Assembly (NCBI GenBank): GCA_001606155.1
Contig: LODT01000035.1
Span: 484,658 to 548,657 of the forward strand
Source: Tieghemostelium lacteum
Taxonomy: Eukaryota
Direction: 5' to 3'
Length of the DNA stretch: 64,000 nt
In this document: positions 1 through 11,480 of the stretch, piece after piece
How the letters are laid out: the number at the start of each line of letters is the position of its first letter
Numbering within the stretch: position 1 is the stretch's first letter
Position numbers and translations under genes: made by a program
The notes under the pieces: model-generated
Database searches by the model: none
What the model was told of the DNA's origin: nothing
The model's input: only the letters and a program-made list of their open reading frames with translations

Positions 1-2
1 TT

Positions 3-1433
3 TTATCTGATCCATCACGTTCACAATTAGATTTCTCATCCATTTTTGAAAAATCTTTGACCATATTTTTGTTGATTGAAAATATTGTCTCTAATAGATC
101 ACCACTTCAACAACTGATTCAGAATCAAAAGCAACAACAATTTTCAAAGAATCAAGGTCTCTTTACAGATCCAAATAACTATCAACAACTTCAAACACTT
201 TTGGAATTCACATCAAAAATTGATATTACCAAACTATTTAACAACACCAACAATGGAACACCTTCTATTAATATTAATAGTGGCTCAGTTGTACCATCAT
301 CATCCACACCCACATCACCAACTGCCTCATCATCACCAGTTAACTTGTCAACTGATCTCCAAAATCAACTCTACGACGATGAATTTGAAGTTGTCAATAA
401 TCTGAATAATCTGAATAATTTGAATAATCTGAATAATAATATTCAGCAACAACCAATTGCAATGGCAACTGCTTCAACACCTGTATCTGCTAAAACTATT
501 AGCATTCAAAATACTTCAACTATTCAATTAAGTCAAATTAGAAATAATATGAACTCTAGCAATGTCACTCCTGTCTCAAATGTTGTCTCTGCTTCTTCTG
601 TTAATGATGAAACTAATGCACAAGGAAAGAGAAAGAGAAGACCAAGAGCTCCAGCACCATTTTTAGATACACTCTTTTGCCACTCCTGCGGTGAGACTCA
701 AACCAGTCAGTGGCGTCGTGGTCCAGATGGTTGTAAATCACTTTGCAATGCCTGTGGTATACGTTTTGCTAATATTGTAAACAAAGAAAAGGCATTATCT
801 GTCAAGGAGAAAAGTATTTCTATTAACATGCTTTTGAATGACTCTCCTTCTTCACAAGCACAAAATAATTTAACAACAGTAACCCCACTACCACCAAAAT
901 CAATTACCACTTTCCCAATTTTACCAATCGAAGGTATTCCCACCCAATCAAGTAATAATAGCGACAACAATTCAGATAAATCATCTTTAACTAGTGATGG
1001 TAAAGATCAACAAACACTGAATTCTAATAATAATAATAATAATTTTAATTCAAATAATAATAGTATTTCAACTACTCAACAACAGCAGCAGCAGAGTAAT
1101 AATTATATTTTAAATAGAAATAATTATAACCTGTACAATAATATCAGTGGATACACTCCACCACCCCCATCAACAACCTCAAGTATCAACAAGAGAAAGT
1201 TATCTCAAAATTCAAGTATCTCAACCAATAGCTATAATATTAACACCTCAACTAGCAACCAAATTAAGTCACTCAAGACCCTAGAACATTTCTTTTCACC
1301 ATCCACTCTGATTCAAACTAATCTCATTAGTGGGCAAATGCAACAACAACAACCACCAGTTGTTCCACAAAATTCCTATAATTTTATTCCAACTGGTGCT
1401 AGCTCTAATATTAATAATATTTTACACTCTTGA
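3..1433 (+). CDS. GATA-type zinc finger transcription factor; 5' end is outside the window or upstream (frame open to window start; the first codon at 57 is TTG, with no in-frame ATG until about aa 143)
   Basis: Carries the motif CHSCGETQTSQWRRGPDGCKSLCNACG (C-X2-C-X18-C-X2-C GATA finger) followed by a basic tail. The remainder is N/Q/S-rich low-complexity sequence typical of Dictyostelium. The frame is open from position 3. Confidence 0.8.
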   Translation, partial: LSDPSRSQLDFSSIFEKSLTIFLLIENIVSNRSPLQQLIQNQKQQQFSKNQGLFTDPNNYQQLQTLLEFTSKIDITKLFNNTNNGTPSININSGSVVPSSSTPTSPTASSSPVNLSTDLQNQLYDDEFEVVNNLNNLNNLNNLNNNIQQQPIAMATASTPVSAKTISIQNTSTIQLSQIRNNMNSSNVTPVSNVVSASSVNDETNAQGKRKRRPRAPAPFLDTLFCHSCGETQTSQWRRGPDGCKSLCNACGIRFANIVNKEKALSVKEKSISINMLLNDSPSSQAQNNLTTVTPLPPKSITTFPILPIEGIPTQSSNNSDNNSDKSSLTSDGKDQQTLNSNNNNNNFNSNNNSISTTQQQQQQSNNYILNRNNYNLYNNISGYTPPPPSTTSSINKRKLSQNSSISTNSYNINTSTSNQIKSLKTLEHFFSPSTLIQTNLISGQMQQQQPPVVPQNSYNFIPTGASSNINNILHS

Positions 1434-1507
1434 ATAAATATTTAACTTTATTAAATTGATAAACGTTTCATGTCAAATCTCTTAAAACTAGTTACTGTTT
1501 TTTTGAA

Positions 1508-2062
1508 TTATTGTTTAACAAGATGAGATTCTAAATGTCTAGTTAATTGTGGTGTAGTTTCAGTTGCCATATCTAATAGACAGGTAAGGGTATTGGTAGA
1601 ATTATCAAATTTAAATATTCTAAGTAAATCAGTGGTATGTGGTGCCTTAGCAGAATCAGTTCTCTGAATTGATTTCAATTTAAAAGTTAAAGTTGTGTTA
1701 TTATCAGTAATCTCACCACTATAGATATCTGCTATACCGGTTGGCTGTGAAATTATAAGTTCTGGAATACCATTTGGTGGACATCTTAAATATCCAGATT
1801 CTGCATGTAAAGGTAATCCATTTTCACCTAATGTCTTTTGACTTTAATATATTTATATTCAATTAGATTACATTTCTGTAGAAATCTAAACTATCCTCAA
1901 AGATATTTACACATAGAATAAAAATGGTTTACCATTTGAAGTGAATTCAATAGTCTCTTGATAGGTAAATGGTTTTATAGTTGGATAAATTCCATTTCCT
2001 TTACCTTTAAAAGTTCCAATCAACCACTGAAGTTTTGTAAGATTTGGGTGAACTGTTGCCAT
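1508..2062 (-). CDS. Nitrobindin / THAP4 C-terminal heme-binding beta-barrel domain protein (UPF0678 fatty-acid-binding-like); 2 exons complement(join(1508..1841,1911..2062))
   Basis: Translation MATVHPNLTKLQWLIGTFKGKGNGIYPTIKPFTYQETIEFTSNGKPFLFY / VQKTLGENGLPLHAESGYLR... matches the nitrobindin (DUF1794) signature. A 69-nt intron (1842..1910) has a GTAAAT donor and a TTAAAG acceptor. Without the intron the frame stops. Confidence 0.75.
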
Positions 2063-2148
2063 TCTCAACTTTTTTTGAAATTTGAAAAAATGAAATTTTT
2101 ATTTGTATTTTATCAAAGTGAAGGTGCCCACCCCATAATCATAAAAAA
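2063..2148. promoter_or_regulatory. Shared 86-bp divergent promoter between the nitrobindin-like gene (minus) and lsm4 (plus)
   Basis: The two start codons are at 2062 (minus) and 2149 (plus). The spacer is A/T-rich and ends in an AAAAAAATG context. Confidence 0.5.
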
Positions 2149-2813
2149 ATGGTAAATCATTCTAAAAATATACTATCGATATCAAATAATTACTAATATG
2201 ATAAATAGTTACCATTATCACTTTTAAGAACAGGACAAGGTCACCAAATTGTAAATACTATTTCCTATCAGTTTTTGAGGATTCTTAATTGATTTTAGAG
2301 ATTGAAAATAACTTATATTGATTTTTGTGTGTTATGTATATATATGTATATGACAATATATAGATGGTTGAATTAAAGAATGGTGAAACATATAACGGAG
2401 TATTAGTAAACTGTGATAATTGGATGAATATAAATTTAAAAAATGTAGTTAGAACATCAAAGGACTCAGATAAATTTTGGAAAGTTGAAACATGTTATAT
2501 AAGAGGAAATACAATTAAATATATATCTGTACCTGATGAAATTATAGATTTAGTAGTTGAGGAAGAACAGACATTTAAACCATATATACCAAAGACATAC
2601 GATAATAGCAGTAGTTCTAAAGATTCTTCTCCTAGAGGAAGAGGTAGAGGTGATTCTTCAAGAGGTAGAGGTGATTCTTCTAGAGGTAGAGGAGAGTCTA
2701 CTGAATACAGAGGTAGAGGTGGAACTAGAACTAGAGGTAGAGGTGATTCCTCAAGAGGTAGAGGAGAATCTTCTGAATACAGAGGTAGAGGAAGAGGTAG
2801 AGGAACTCAATAA
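2149..2813 (+). CDS. lsm4: U6 snRNA-associated Sm-like protein LSm4; 3 exons join(2149..2151,2209..2250,2364..2813). Exon 1 is the ATG alone.
   Basis: Exon 3 reads [28 protein letters not shown]...[17 protein letters not shown] plus a C-terminal RG/RGG repeat tail, matching human LSM4. Exon 2 encodes [14 protein letters not shown], matching human MLPLSLLKTAQNHP. ATG at 2149 is followed directly by a GTAAAT donor. Acceptors are ATAAATAG (2208) and TATATAG (2363). Confidence 0.85.
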
Positions 2814-2925
2814 ACCAATGTAGTAGTTAAATTCATTAAAAACAAAATCAAATCGACACCATAGTTGTAGAATATTCAAAAATACAAAATTGTTATTTTA
2901 GTGGGTGAGAAGAGATCCCCCAAAT

Positions 2926-4017
2926 TTATTTTTTAGATGAAGAAGAAGAAGAAATTAAACTTTTCATTTCCATCATAAAGGTGGCTAATTGGTACTCCAA
3001 TTCAGAGACTCTTTGAGTTAATTGACTTATAGAATGATCTTTTTCAATAGATTGTTGACGAAGTAATCTATTTTCCAATTCGATTGATTTCATTCTAGAT
3101 TCCATTTTTGCCTCTAGTACCAATAGTGGATCTTCACCAGTATGATACTGAGGACGATTAGATTCCACAACAACATTGTTTGTGGTATTGGTAGTCATTG
3201 GTTTGTTAGTTTGTTTAGTAGGAGTTTGTGGTCTCTGTACAAATGAATTCGAAGTAGTATTATTATATGATGATGTAGATGAAGATGTATTAGTTTGCTG
3301 ATTTCCAGGTATTGGTGATGCAGGTCTATTAGACATTAATTGTTTAGTTGGTGTTGGTGGTCTAACTTGTAGTTTAGATTGTGGATTATTATTTATCAAA
3401 GTACTATTTATAGTATTAGATTGTTCATTTATTACAGGTGGATTTAAATTACCAATTGATGACTTTCTCTTGGTAGGTGATGATGGAATCTTTGATAGAT
3501 TACTATTTTGTACTGGTATTGGTTGTACTTGAGGTTGAGGTTTAGTTACAATAACTTTTCTGGAATTATATTGATGATTCTGTTGAGACTGTTGAGATGG
3601 TGGTAACTCAGTTTTTAGTTTTTTTAGAGGTTGTTGTTGTTGATGTTGGAGTTGATGTTTAGGTGTAATGTTATCAGTTTGATTCTCTTTACCATTTTTA
3701 ATGTAATCTTTTAGACTTGGTAGATCATCTAGATCATCAGTACCTTTAGATTTATTATTTAAATGTTCTTTAAATTGATCAGGTTTCTCTTTAGGTGGAG
3801 ATAAACAAAAACTAAATCTTTCCTTTTCTTGAAAGAATACAGAATCTCTCATTGAATTTAAGTCATAGATACTGACTTTGGGATCAAATTTATTACGATG
3901 TGTTGGTTTACTTTTCATTAAATGATCATAGCCATCCCATTTCTCATCTTGTAGTTGTTCATTATAAGTTACTGTTTTCTTTGCCCCTCCTCCACCATTT
4001 GACTGTTGTGTTTTCAT
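2926..4017 (-). CDS. Hypothetical S/T/Q/N/P-rich protein with a C-terminal coiled coil (363 aa)
   Basis: Long ORF with Dictyostelium codon usage. C-terminal heptad-like segment LLVLEAKMESRMKSIELENRLLRQQSIEKDHSISQLTQRVSELEYQLATFMMEMKSL. No family recognised. Confidence 0.5.
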   Translation of the reverse strand: MKTQQSNGGGGAKKTVTYNEQLQDEKWDGYDHLMKSKPTHRNKFDPKVSIYDLNSMRDSVFFQEKERFSFCLSPPKEKPDQFKEHLNNKSKGTDDLDDLPSLKDYIKNGKENQTDNITPKHQLQHQQQQPLKKLKTELPPSQQSQQNHQYNSRKVIVTKPQPQVQPIPVQNSNLSKIPSSPTKRKSSIGNLNPPVINEQSNTINSTLINNNPQSKLQVRPPTPTKQLMSNRPASPIPGNQQTNTSSSTSSYNNTTSNSFVQRPQTPTKQTNKPMTTNTTNNVVVESNRPQYHTGEDPLLVLEAKMESRMKSIELENRLLRQQSIEKDHSISQLTQRVSELEYQLATFMMEMKSLISSSSSSKK

Positions 4018-4343
4018 TATTATAATAAATATTGAAAATTATTTAATCAATTCTAAAAAAAAATAATTTTGGCTCAATTTTTTAAATATTTATAACTGTA
4101 ATAAATCCGTTAAAAAAAGATAAATTTAAAAAATATTTATTATAACGAAATTTTAGATATTTTATTACTTTAGTTTAAACAATCATTTAAATAAAATTTA
4201 AATTTAATATATTATTACTTGAATTAAAAAATAAGTATTTGAAGTTCAATAAAAATATTTTTTTAAAAATTTTTTTTTTAATTTTTGTCATTTCACTTCT
4301 TTCAACGGAAAATTTTTTGAGAGAAAGATTAACAGTTTAGAAT

Positions 4344-6743
4344 ATGAGTATTTTCAAGTATTCAGAAGATGGAAATAAGGAACAAGTGGCACAACTTATT
4401 TTCAGTGGAATAGATGTTAATGAAATGGATTCTAAAAACAGATCAGCACTACATTATGCATCAATTGGAGGATTTAAAGATATTGTAGCAATGCTTTTGA
4501 AGGCTGGTGCCTCTGTTAATTCAACTACAGGTCATGGTGCAATTCCTCTTCATTATGCAGCTAGAAGTGGTCAACAGGATTGTCTACCATTATTGATTGA
4601 TGGTGGTGCTGATATCAATTGTAAAGATTCAAAAGGACATACAGCACTTTTGACTGCTATACTCTATGACCAAGCAACTACTGCATTGAATTTGATTAAT
4701 AACTATAATGTAGATGTTAATATTCCAAATGTTGAAGGAATTTATCCATTGCATTCATCAGTTCAGAAAGTCTATTTAAAAGTAGTAGAGTCTCTTATTG
4801 AGAAGGGTGCTGAATTGGATAAAAGAGATCCAAAAGGAAATACAGCATTTCATTATTTAAATTTAGTTAGTAAGTAATCTGCAGCATAGTAGTTTACATT
4901 TTAGATAAGGATAACTAACTAATGACATAAAGAACCTAAGGATGTGCCCAGTGTATTACCAGAGACAATGAATAACGATATCTCTAGATTATACATGTTA
5001 GACGATGAAATGGAAGTAGACACTACAGTGGGGAATGGACATGCTTTACAGGATAAGATTCAATCTAAAAAATACTATTCAGATTGTACATTTGTAGTTG
5101 AAGGTCAGAAAATACCAGCTCATAAATGTATAGTATCTGTAAGATGCCCTTCATTTATCTCTATTTTCAATCAATCCACTAGTTCAAATATCGAAATTGA
5201 TAATATCTCTACAGAAACCTTTACATCAATTATCGAATGGTCAGTAGTATTTAAAACTTACAATTTAAACAGGATTTTATAGATTAACCCTTTTTTTTGT
5301 GGTACAAATAGGATTTATAAAAATAAGATTTCAAAGCTATTGAATAACTCAAAAGATGTAAAATTCATTTTATCATTGTTGATGGCAAGTGAAAGATTCA
5401 ATTTGAAATCAATAATTAGTCAATGTGAATACTTTTTGATAAAATCATTAGATAGTACCAATATCACTCTGATTTGGGAGGAACTATTGAAATCGGAATA
5501 CATTAAATCTTATTGTCCACAGTTGATTAAACACTGTGCCTATATCATTCTAAAGAATTGGAATACACTTTCATCCATCAAAACATTTTCAGAGATGACA
5601 AATCAACAGGTGCTTGAGTTGTTCAAACTTTCAGAAATCTTACAAACTCCAGAAACTAAAAAACCAGCAGCAACAGAGCAATCAAAGAGATCAGCACCAA
5701 ATAGTACTACCAATGGTAAATCAGCACCTTCTACAAGATCAACTCAATCTCCTTCAAAAAGTAGTACAGCAACAACAACAACAACATCATCATCAACAAG
5801 CACATCAACAGCTCCATCTTCATCTAGTGATAACATCACAATGGATGAAAAGAATAAACAAATTTGCAGTGGAATGGTTACTGCATTGTTTAAGAGAAAG
5901 AATTCTTATCCATTCCAGAAACCAGTTGACCCTATTTTAGAAGGTATACCAGATTATCCAGATATTATTAAACACCCAATGGATTTGAGTACCATCAGAA
6001 CTAAATTGGGTGCAAATGTGTACAAAACCATTAGAGATTTTGCAGGTGATGTCAGATTAATGTTTCAAAATGCACTCACATATAATGATGATGCATCACA
6101 TGTCTTCAAATTAGCAAAACTTCATTTACAATACTTTGATGCTCAATTTGTAAAGTCTTATCCAAATGAAAAAATTCCAGTTTATAAACAATTACAACCA
6201 CCACCAACACCTCCAACAACAGCAGGTTCTACAACAACAACAACTTCAACAACAGCACAACCAGTATCATCAAGTAATAATACACCATCATCTGATAAGA
6301 AACGTAAGACACCAGATACACCAACAAATAACACAACAATTAAAACTGATTCAACACCAACTAAATCTGATAAAAAAGAAGAATATACAGAAACCAATAA
6401 TAATAATAACAATAATGATAATAATAATAATAATTTAAATACATCAGAACAAATTCAAGATACAACTGATAATAGTGTTACTCCAATGTCTACTGAATCT
6501 AATGCAACACCTGCTGCTGCATCCAATATTAGAAAGTATTCAGAGGAAGAAAGAAAAACAATTATGGAATCTATTTCTTCTTTGGAAGATGATCAAATTA
6601 AACATATTTTCACAATAGTCGATAAGTCTGCCATTAAACAAATTGGTGATAATTTAGAGCTCGATATCACTGAACTAAGTAATGACAATTTAGCTCAAAT
6701 TGAGGATTACATCAACTCTTGCCATAGAATTAGTATGTATTAA
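4344..6743 (+). CDS. Ankyrin repeat, BTB/POZ, bromodomain and ET(NET)-like domain protein; join(4344..4869,4933..5239,5312..6743)
   Basis: Ankyrin repeats (ALHYASIGGFKDIVAMLLKAGASVN... GHGAIPLHYAARSG...). BTB (SDCTFVVEGQKIPAHKCIVSVRCPSFISIF ... ASERFNLKSIISQCEYFLIKSL). Bromodomain (YPFQKPVDPILEGIPDYPDIIKHPMDLSTIRTKLGANVYKTIRDFAGDVRLMFQNALTYN). C-terminal ET-like (YSEEERKTIMESISSLEDDQIKHIFTIV...ELDITELSNDNLAQIEDYI). Introns are in frame: 63 nt (GTAAGT...ATAAAG) and 72 nt (GTCAGT...AAATAG). I recall a D. discoideum protein DDB_G0293800 described with this name. Confidence 0.8.
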
Positions 6744-7093
6744 CAAATTTATTTACTCATAATAATTACAACTATTAATATTTTATAATTCTTAGAAAAA
6801 ATGAAAATTGATGAATAATCTAACCAAATGAAATGAAACATGTTTAAATTAATTAAATAAAATTTTTATTAGAAGTCTAATAAAAGATCAACAGAAAGTG
6901 CAATGTTTTTGTTTGTTTTTGGATGTATAAATATATTAGGGAATGATTGATTCTTTTATTTTTCATTACTTTTTGTATTTCTGAAATATTACAACTGATT
7001 TTGTAATATATAGTTAATAGTTATAGGTTGATAAAAAATAAAAAATAAAAGTATTTTATAATAATAATAATAATAATAATTACACAAATTTGA

Positions 7094-7718
7094 TTAATCT
7101 ATTATCAAATATGGGAATAAAGAACAAAATGTACTATTCTTCTTATTGAAATCTGCTGATTTTGAAGCCAACAGTCTCTTTTCGTCATTTGTTGTATTTA
7201 TAGATCCTACAGTGGTTTCATTGTCAACCATAAATGACAAGAGACCAATTAAAATAGAAGATACTGACCACGAAGGTAACCACGATTCTGGATGATAGTC
7301 TGAAATTGATAAACATAACCGACGGTCACATTCAAATCTGCCATTAGGTGTATTCATCAAAATAGATGGTGGTGATAGTGGATAATTGTACTTGAATATC
7401 AATTGTCCAAAATAGATACCACCTTCGTATGGTGTGTTCTCTGGTCCTAAAATAACATAATACCACGATAATATATCTGATGGGTGTGGTGTAACCAGTA
7501 TATTGTCAACTGGATTCTTACTAATCTCTAAAAACTCTCTTTTTAATCTTTGCTGTAGTTATATTTAAATTTGTCTCTATGTTAGATTCAATGCTACTCT
7601 TCAATTTATAAAATTTTCACAGTTTTTTCATATTTTCTGACGAATCCCTCAGGCTTTTATATGTACTTACAATACACTCTTTGGTTGGTGGATGGACTAT
7701 ATCTGCAGAAGTTGACAT
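7094..7718 (-). CDS. Ubiquitin-conjugating enzyme E2 J2 / Ubc6-like; complement(join(7094..7552,7671..7718))
   Basis: MSTSADIVHPPTKECI / QRLKREFLEISKNPVDNILVTPHPSDILSWYYVILGPENTPYEGGIYFGQLIFKYNYPLSPPSILMNTPNGRFECDRRLCLSISDYHPESWLPSWSVSSILIGLLSFMVD... aligns closely to human UBE2J2, including the catalytic Cys in TPNGRF-C-xxRLCLSI. A 118-nt intron has a GTAAGT donor and a CTACAG acceptor. The protein ends about 35 aa after the UBC fold with no tail anchor. Confidence 0.85.
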
Positions 7719-7952
7719 TATTTGAATGTGGAAAAACTATATATAAACAAAAGGTTTATACAATTAAGAAAAATAGATTTATTTACAGATAACTAGGAAA
7801 TTAAAAATAAAAAGAAAAAAATACATAAAAAAAAATTTTAAAAACATTTAATAACTGCAAACTTGTGTTTTTTTAAGATATTTCATTGTGTTGTGTATGA
7901 CATTATATCACTAAGAGATTAACTATACATTTATAAAGTTAATGTAAAACCC

Positions 7953-8638
7953 ATGCTTAAAAATACATTTCAAATTGGAATATTATCACTATTCTATTCT
8001 TTGAATAATGATTCATTGGAATTATTTAGAACTAATGGAAATACCGATAAGGGAAATTGGATTGAAATGACAATTGATCAGGATATTCATTCTAAAGTTT
8101 TAGAGTTACGTTCAGAGAATATTTCAAATTGTTACATTACATCTCCTAGTGATCCTTTGAAAGCTCTCTCTATAAAATTACCAATACTATTGGTTATTTT
8201 AAAAAATGTAGGTTTCATTTAAAAGTGTGGTTGATTTTATCAAACTTTAGAATTTTAACACCCCACATTAATTTTATCATAAAATTATACCCACCACATA
8301 CAAAGATGGATAAGTATTTTTCATTTGAAATCCAGGTATTAGATGACAGAAATCAAAAGAGAAGAATTAGAATATCTAATTTCCAAGATCAAGTAGTTAA
8401 AACTGAGATGATATCAACCATCCCTATGGTTCTAGACCGAGGTTGGAATACCATACAACATAATCTACAGGATCTTGTACACCAACTATATGGCAGTAAT
8501 TTTGTTGAGGTTGAAAGAATTACATTTCATGCCAACACCCGATTAAGGAGAATTGCATTCACTGAAAAAATCTATACACTTCATGACATGCCAAATGAGT
8601 TCAAATTAAATCTTCCAATAGATTCACATTATAAATAA
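7953..8638 (+). CDS. Cilia- and flagella-associated protein 20 (CFAP20/Bug22) homolog; join(7953..8207,8306..8638)
   Basis: MLKNTFQIGILSLFYS...CYITSPSDPLKALSIKLPILLVILKN / MDKYFSFEIQVLDDRNQKRRIRISNFQ...TIPMVLDRGWNTIQHNLQDLVHQLYGSNFVEVERITFHANTRLRRIAF matches human CFAP20 (193 aa) along its whole length. The reconstructed protein is 195 aa. A 98-nt intron has a GTAGGT donor and a CAAAG acceptor. Confidence 0.9.
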
Positions 8639-8984
8639 TTTTCATTTTATAGTAAAAATAGTAGAATCACCTACCTTTTCGGCAAAATTGATGATTTCAT
8701 TGGATTGTCTAAAAAAAAAAGAAGATATTTTAAATTAAAACAAGAATTTCAAAAGAAGTTTATTTATTTGTCGTATAATTAAGAAAAGAAGAGAAGCTTT
8801 GATTAATTTTTTTTTTTTGGTATTTTTTCTAACTAACAAATATCATCTGAGATTTCTTTTTTTTTTTTTTATACCAATATTTCCTTTAGTATCACCAACC
8901 ACATTTATTTATTTTTTTATAATTTATAATAACACTACATATTTTTATAAATTCTGTAATAATAAAATCAGAAAAGGGAAAGAA

Positions 8985-10334
8985 ATGATTAATACAGTAA
9001 ATTCAGAATATGAAGATAGTTTAAATACATCAAGGGTTGAGAAATCACCATTGATAAGTGGGGCAGATAGGGGAACAGTTACAACAGAACAGACGTCACT
9101 TGTTAGTGGTAATACATTTTCACCAGTACCAGCATTTTGGAATACAGTAAAGGCATTTGCAGGAGCAGGTTCTTTTGCATTACCATGGGCAGTAATGAAC
9201 GCAGGTCTATGGATAGGGTCCATAGGTCTAGTTGCAATTGCAGCACTTTCAAATTACACAATGACACTTCTATTGGAATGCAGTGTTCAAATGAAAAAAG
9301 ATAGAGTAGGTCCTGAAAGACCCTCGTTTGCTGATATTGCAAAAAGAGCATTTGGAAGATACGGTGAGATGTTTGTATGTTTTATGAATTTTTTAGTGAC
9401 AATGTGTATATGTATCAGTTACCTCATCCTTATTGGTGTCAATTTCAGCGAGTTGGTTAATCATCATGCATGGACTCAAAATGTAATGATTTGGATAACC
9501 TTGCCAATGATTATGTGTTTGACATTTTTGACTGATATGAAATACCTGGGATTCACTAGTATCTTTGGTGCTTTATCATTGATATTGGCAATGTCCACTG
9601 TCATGGCTTATGGTTTTAAAGATTACTCTGTCTATCCACTAAAAGACTATAGTGTAAATTACAAAAATATTCCATTGTGGTTTGGAAATGCCGCTTTCTT
9701 TTTCTGTAACCACATTGTAGTCTTACCAATCAGTCATGCTTCTGGTGACCAAAAACGTTATATACGTGTACTAGACGGTGCAATGATTTTCATTACCGTT
9801 ATCAATACCATTTTTGCTGTGATTTGTTATCTCTACTACGACCATTTCCCAGGTGGTATTCCATCAGTTATTGTCTCTGTCCTACCTGACGGTGTATTTT
9901 CAGATATTGTCAGAATGTGTGTCGTTTTGGAACTTTCATGTTCATTCCCATTGGTATTTGGATCTGGTATTGCAGTAGTTGATTCAACTATTGACCTCTA
10001 TCACAAACATTTCAATCCATATCCAGCATCTGATGATAATCCCGAGGCTCCAAAACCATTCTTGAGTACCAACTGGAAATTCTACGTTATTCGTGTTATT
10101 TTAGTTTGCATTCTAGCTGCTGTTGCATCAACCATCAAGAATTTTGGTACCTATCTTTCATTGATTGGTTCATTAATGTTAGCTGTTGCTGGCTTCATTA
10201 TCCCACCTTTACTCTCACTAAAATTCTTCCCTAACCAATCACTAAAATTAAAAGTTATACATTATTCAATCATTGTATTTGGTGTCATTGCAACTATCAC
10301 TGGTACCATTTTATCAATAGAATCCATGGTATAA
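8985..10334 (+). CDS. Amino acid transporter, Aa_trans family (SLC36/AVT-like), 449 aa
   Basis: Transmembrane-rich ORF. N-terminal motif VKAFAGAGSFALPWAVMNAGLWIGSIGLVAIAALSNYTMTLLLEC is typical of eukaryotic vacuolar and lysosomal amino-acid transporters. The first ATG (8985) sits in an AAGAAATG context. The upstream part of ORF 8799 is poly-F junk. Confidence 0.75.
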   Translation: MINTVNSEYEDSLNTSRVEKSPLISGADRGTVTTEQTSLVSGNTFSPVPAFWNTVKAFAGAGSFALPWAVMNAGLWIGSIGLVAIAALSNYTMTLLLECSVQMKKDRVGPERPSFADIAKRAFGRYGEMFVCFMNFLVTMCICISYLILIGVNFSELVNHHAWTQNVMIWITLPMIMCLTFLTDMKYLGFTSIFGALSLILAMSTVMAYGFKDYSVYPLKDYSVNYKNIPLWFGNAAFFFCNHIVVLPISHASGDQKRYIRVLDGAMIFITVINTIFAVICYLYYDHFPGGIPSVIVSVLPDGVFSDIVRMCVVLELSCSFPLVFGSGIAVVDSTIDLYHKHFNPYPASDDNPEAPKPFLSTNWKFYVIRVILVCILAAVASTIKNFGTYLSLIGSLMLAVAGFIIPPLLSLKFFPNQSLKLKVIHYSIIVFGVIATITGTILSIESMV

Positions 10335-10428
10335 TCTTAACAACCTCCACCCCCAATTTTTAAAAAAACTATACATGTAATAATAAATTATAATATTGTT
10401 ACAACAAATAAATGTGTATGCATTTTAT

Positions 10429-11402
10429 TTACTTTGGAAGTTGAAATGCATAGTATTCTTCTTGAAATGGTTTATCATTAAAATTAAAATTCCATTCTGG
10501 AGTTGACCATTCTTTCTTGATTATATCGTATATATGAATAGTTGATCCAGCTACAAAATAGATTAAATCCTTGTCATTTACAATCTTGGAGTTATAACAG
10601 AAATTTGATGGCGCCTTTGGTAGAAGTGTAAGTCTATTCAATGGTAAGTAAAATTCATAGAAATCACTATTTTTAGTATATAAATAAAATAGATTTGAAG
10701 ATTCAACATAACAACCACCTCTCAATTCCTTTGGTTTCATTCCTTCGAAATCCGATACAAGGTTTCTAATTTCCTTGGTTTTAGTATTAAATAAATCAAT
10801 TCTTTGAAGATAATCATGATTATCACCACCCCATCCACTAATGATATAGATAAGGTCACCATGAGTTGACAATGACGACCAATAGGATTTAACTAAAAGT
10901 TTACCAACTTCCACTATGGATTTAGTGTGGATATTGAATTGAAATATCTTATCAGCTACACCAACATTATCATTATACCCTCCAATTAGATAGATATGAT
11001 CTCTGCCATCATAGACACACGAAAACACTCTAGTATTATTTACATTTTCAGGAAACTCTATTTTATCCCATTTTGGAACTGCTGGACGTGTATCCATATA
11101 AAAATAATGTTGTTTATAAAATATATATATTTCATCATTCACCACAGTATTTTGGTAAAAAAAGTAACCATCTCTTGTGTGTGGGGTTTCCATTAGAGTA
11201 GTGTATAAATTGAATGTGTGAAGATCAAATTTTTCAACTCCTTTATGATTAACTCTTATAATACATTTACTAGTAGGTTTCAGTGGGTTCACAACTGGAG
11301 TATTTAATGTTACATTTTGAATTTCATCATTAATCTTTTCTAATGCGTTTGGTGATAGAAATGATCTGATAAAACTAAAAGTTTCTGCTACTTCTTTTTG
11401 AC

Positions 11403-11480
<78 letters not shown>

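Noticed and set aside
220-970. ORFs 220..405 (+) and 707..970 (-) inside the GATA gene
   Set aside because: Alternative-frame or antisense readings of low-complexity repeat DNA (His/Pro-rich from CAC/CAT repeats). They overlap a well-supported CDS.
2557-2823. ORF 2557..2823 (+) overlapping lsm4
   Set aside because: The +1 frame of the RGG-repeat-encoding region (E/V repeats). It is an artefact of periodic AGAGGT repeats.
5614-6438. ORFs 5614..5940, 6166..6438 (+) and 6182..6412 (-)
   Set aside because: Alternative-frame or antisense ORFs through the poly-T/S/Q tracts of the BTB-bromodomain gene.
8799-8984. 5' extension of the amino-acid transporter ORF (start listed at 8799)
   Set aside because: It begins at a non-ATG codon and encodes poly-F/I from a T-rich promoter. 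The AAGAAATG at 8985 is the plausible initiator.
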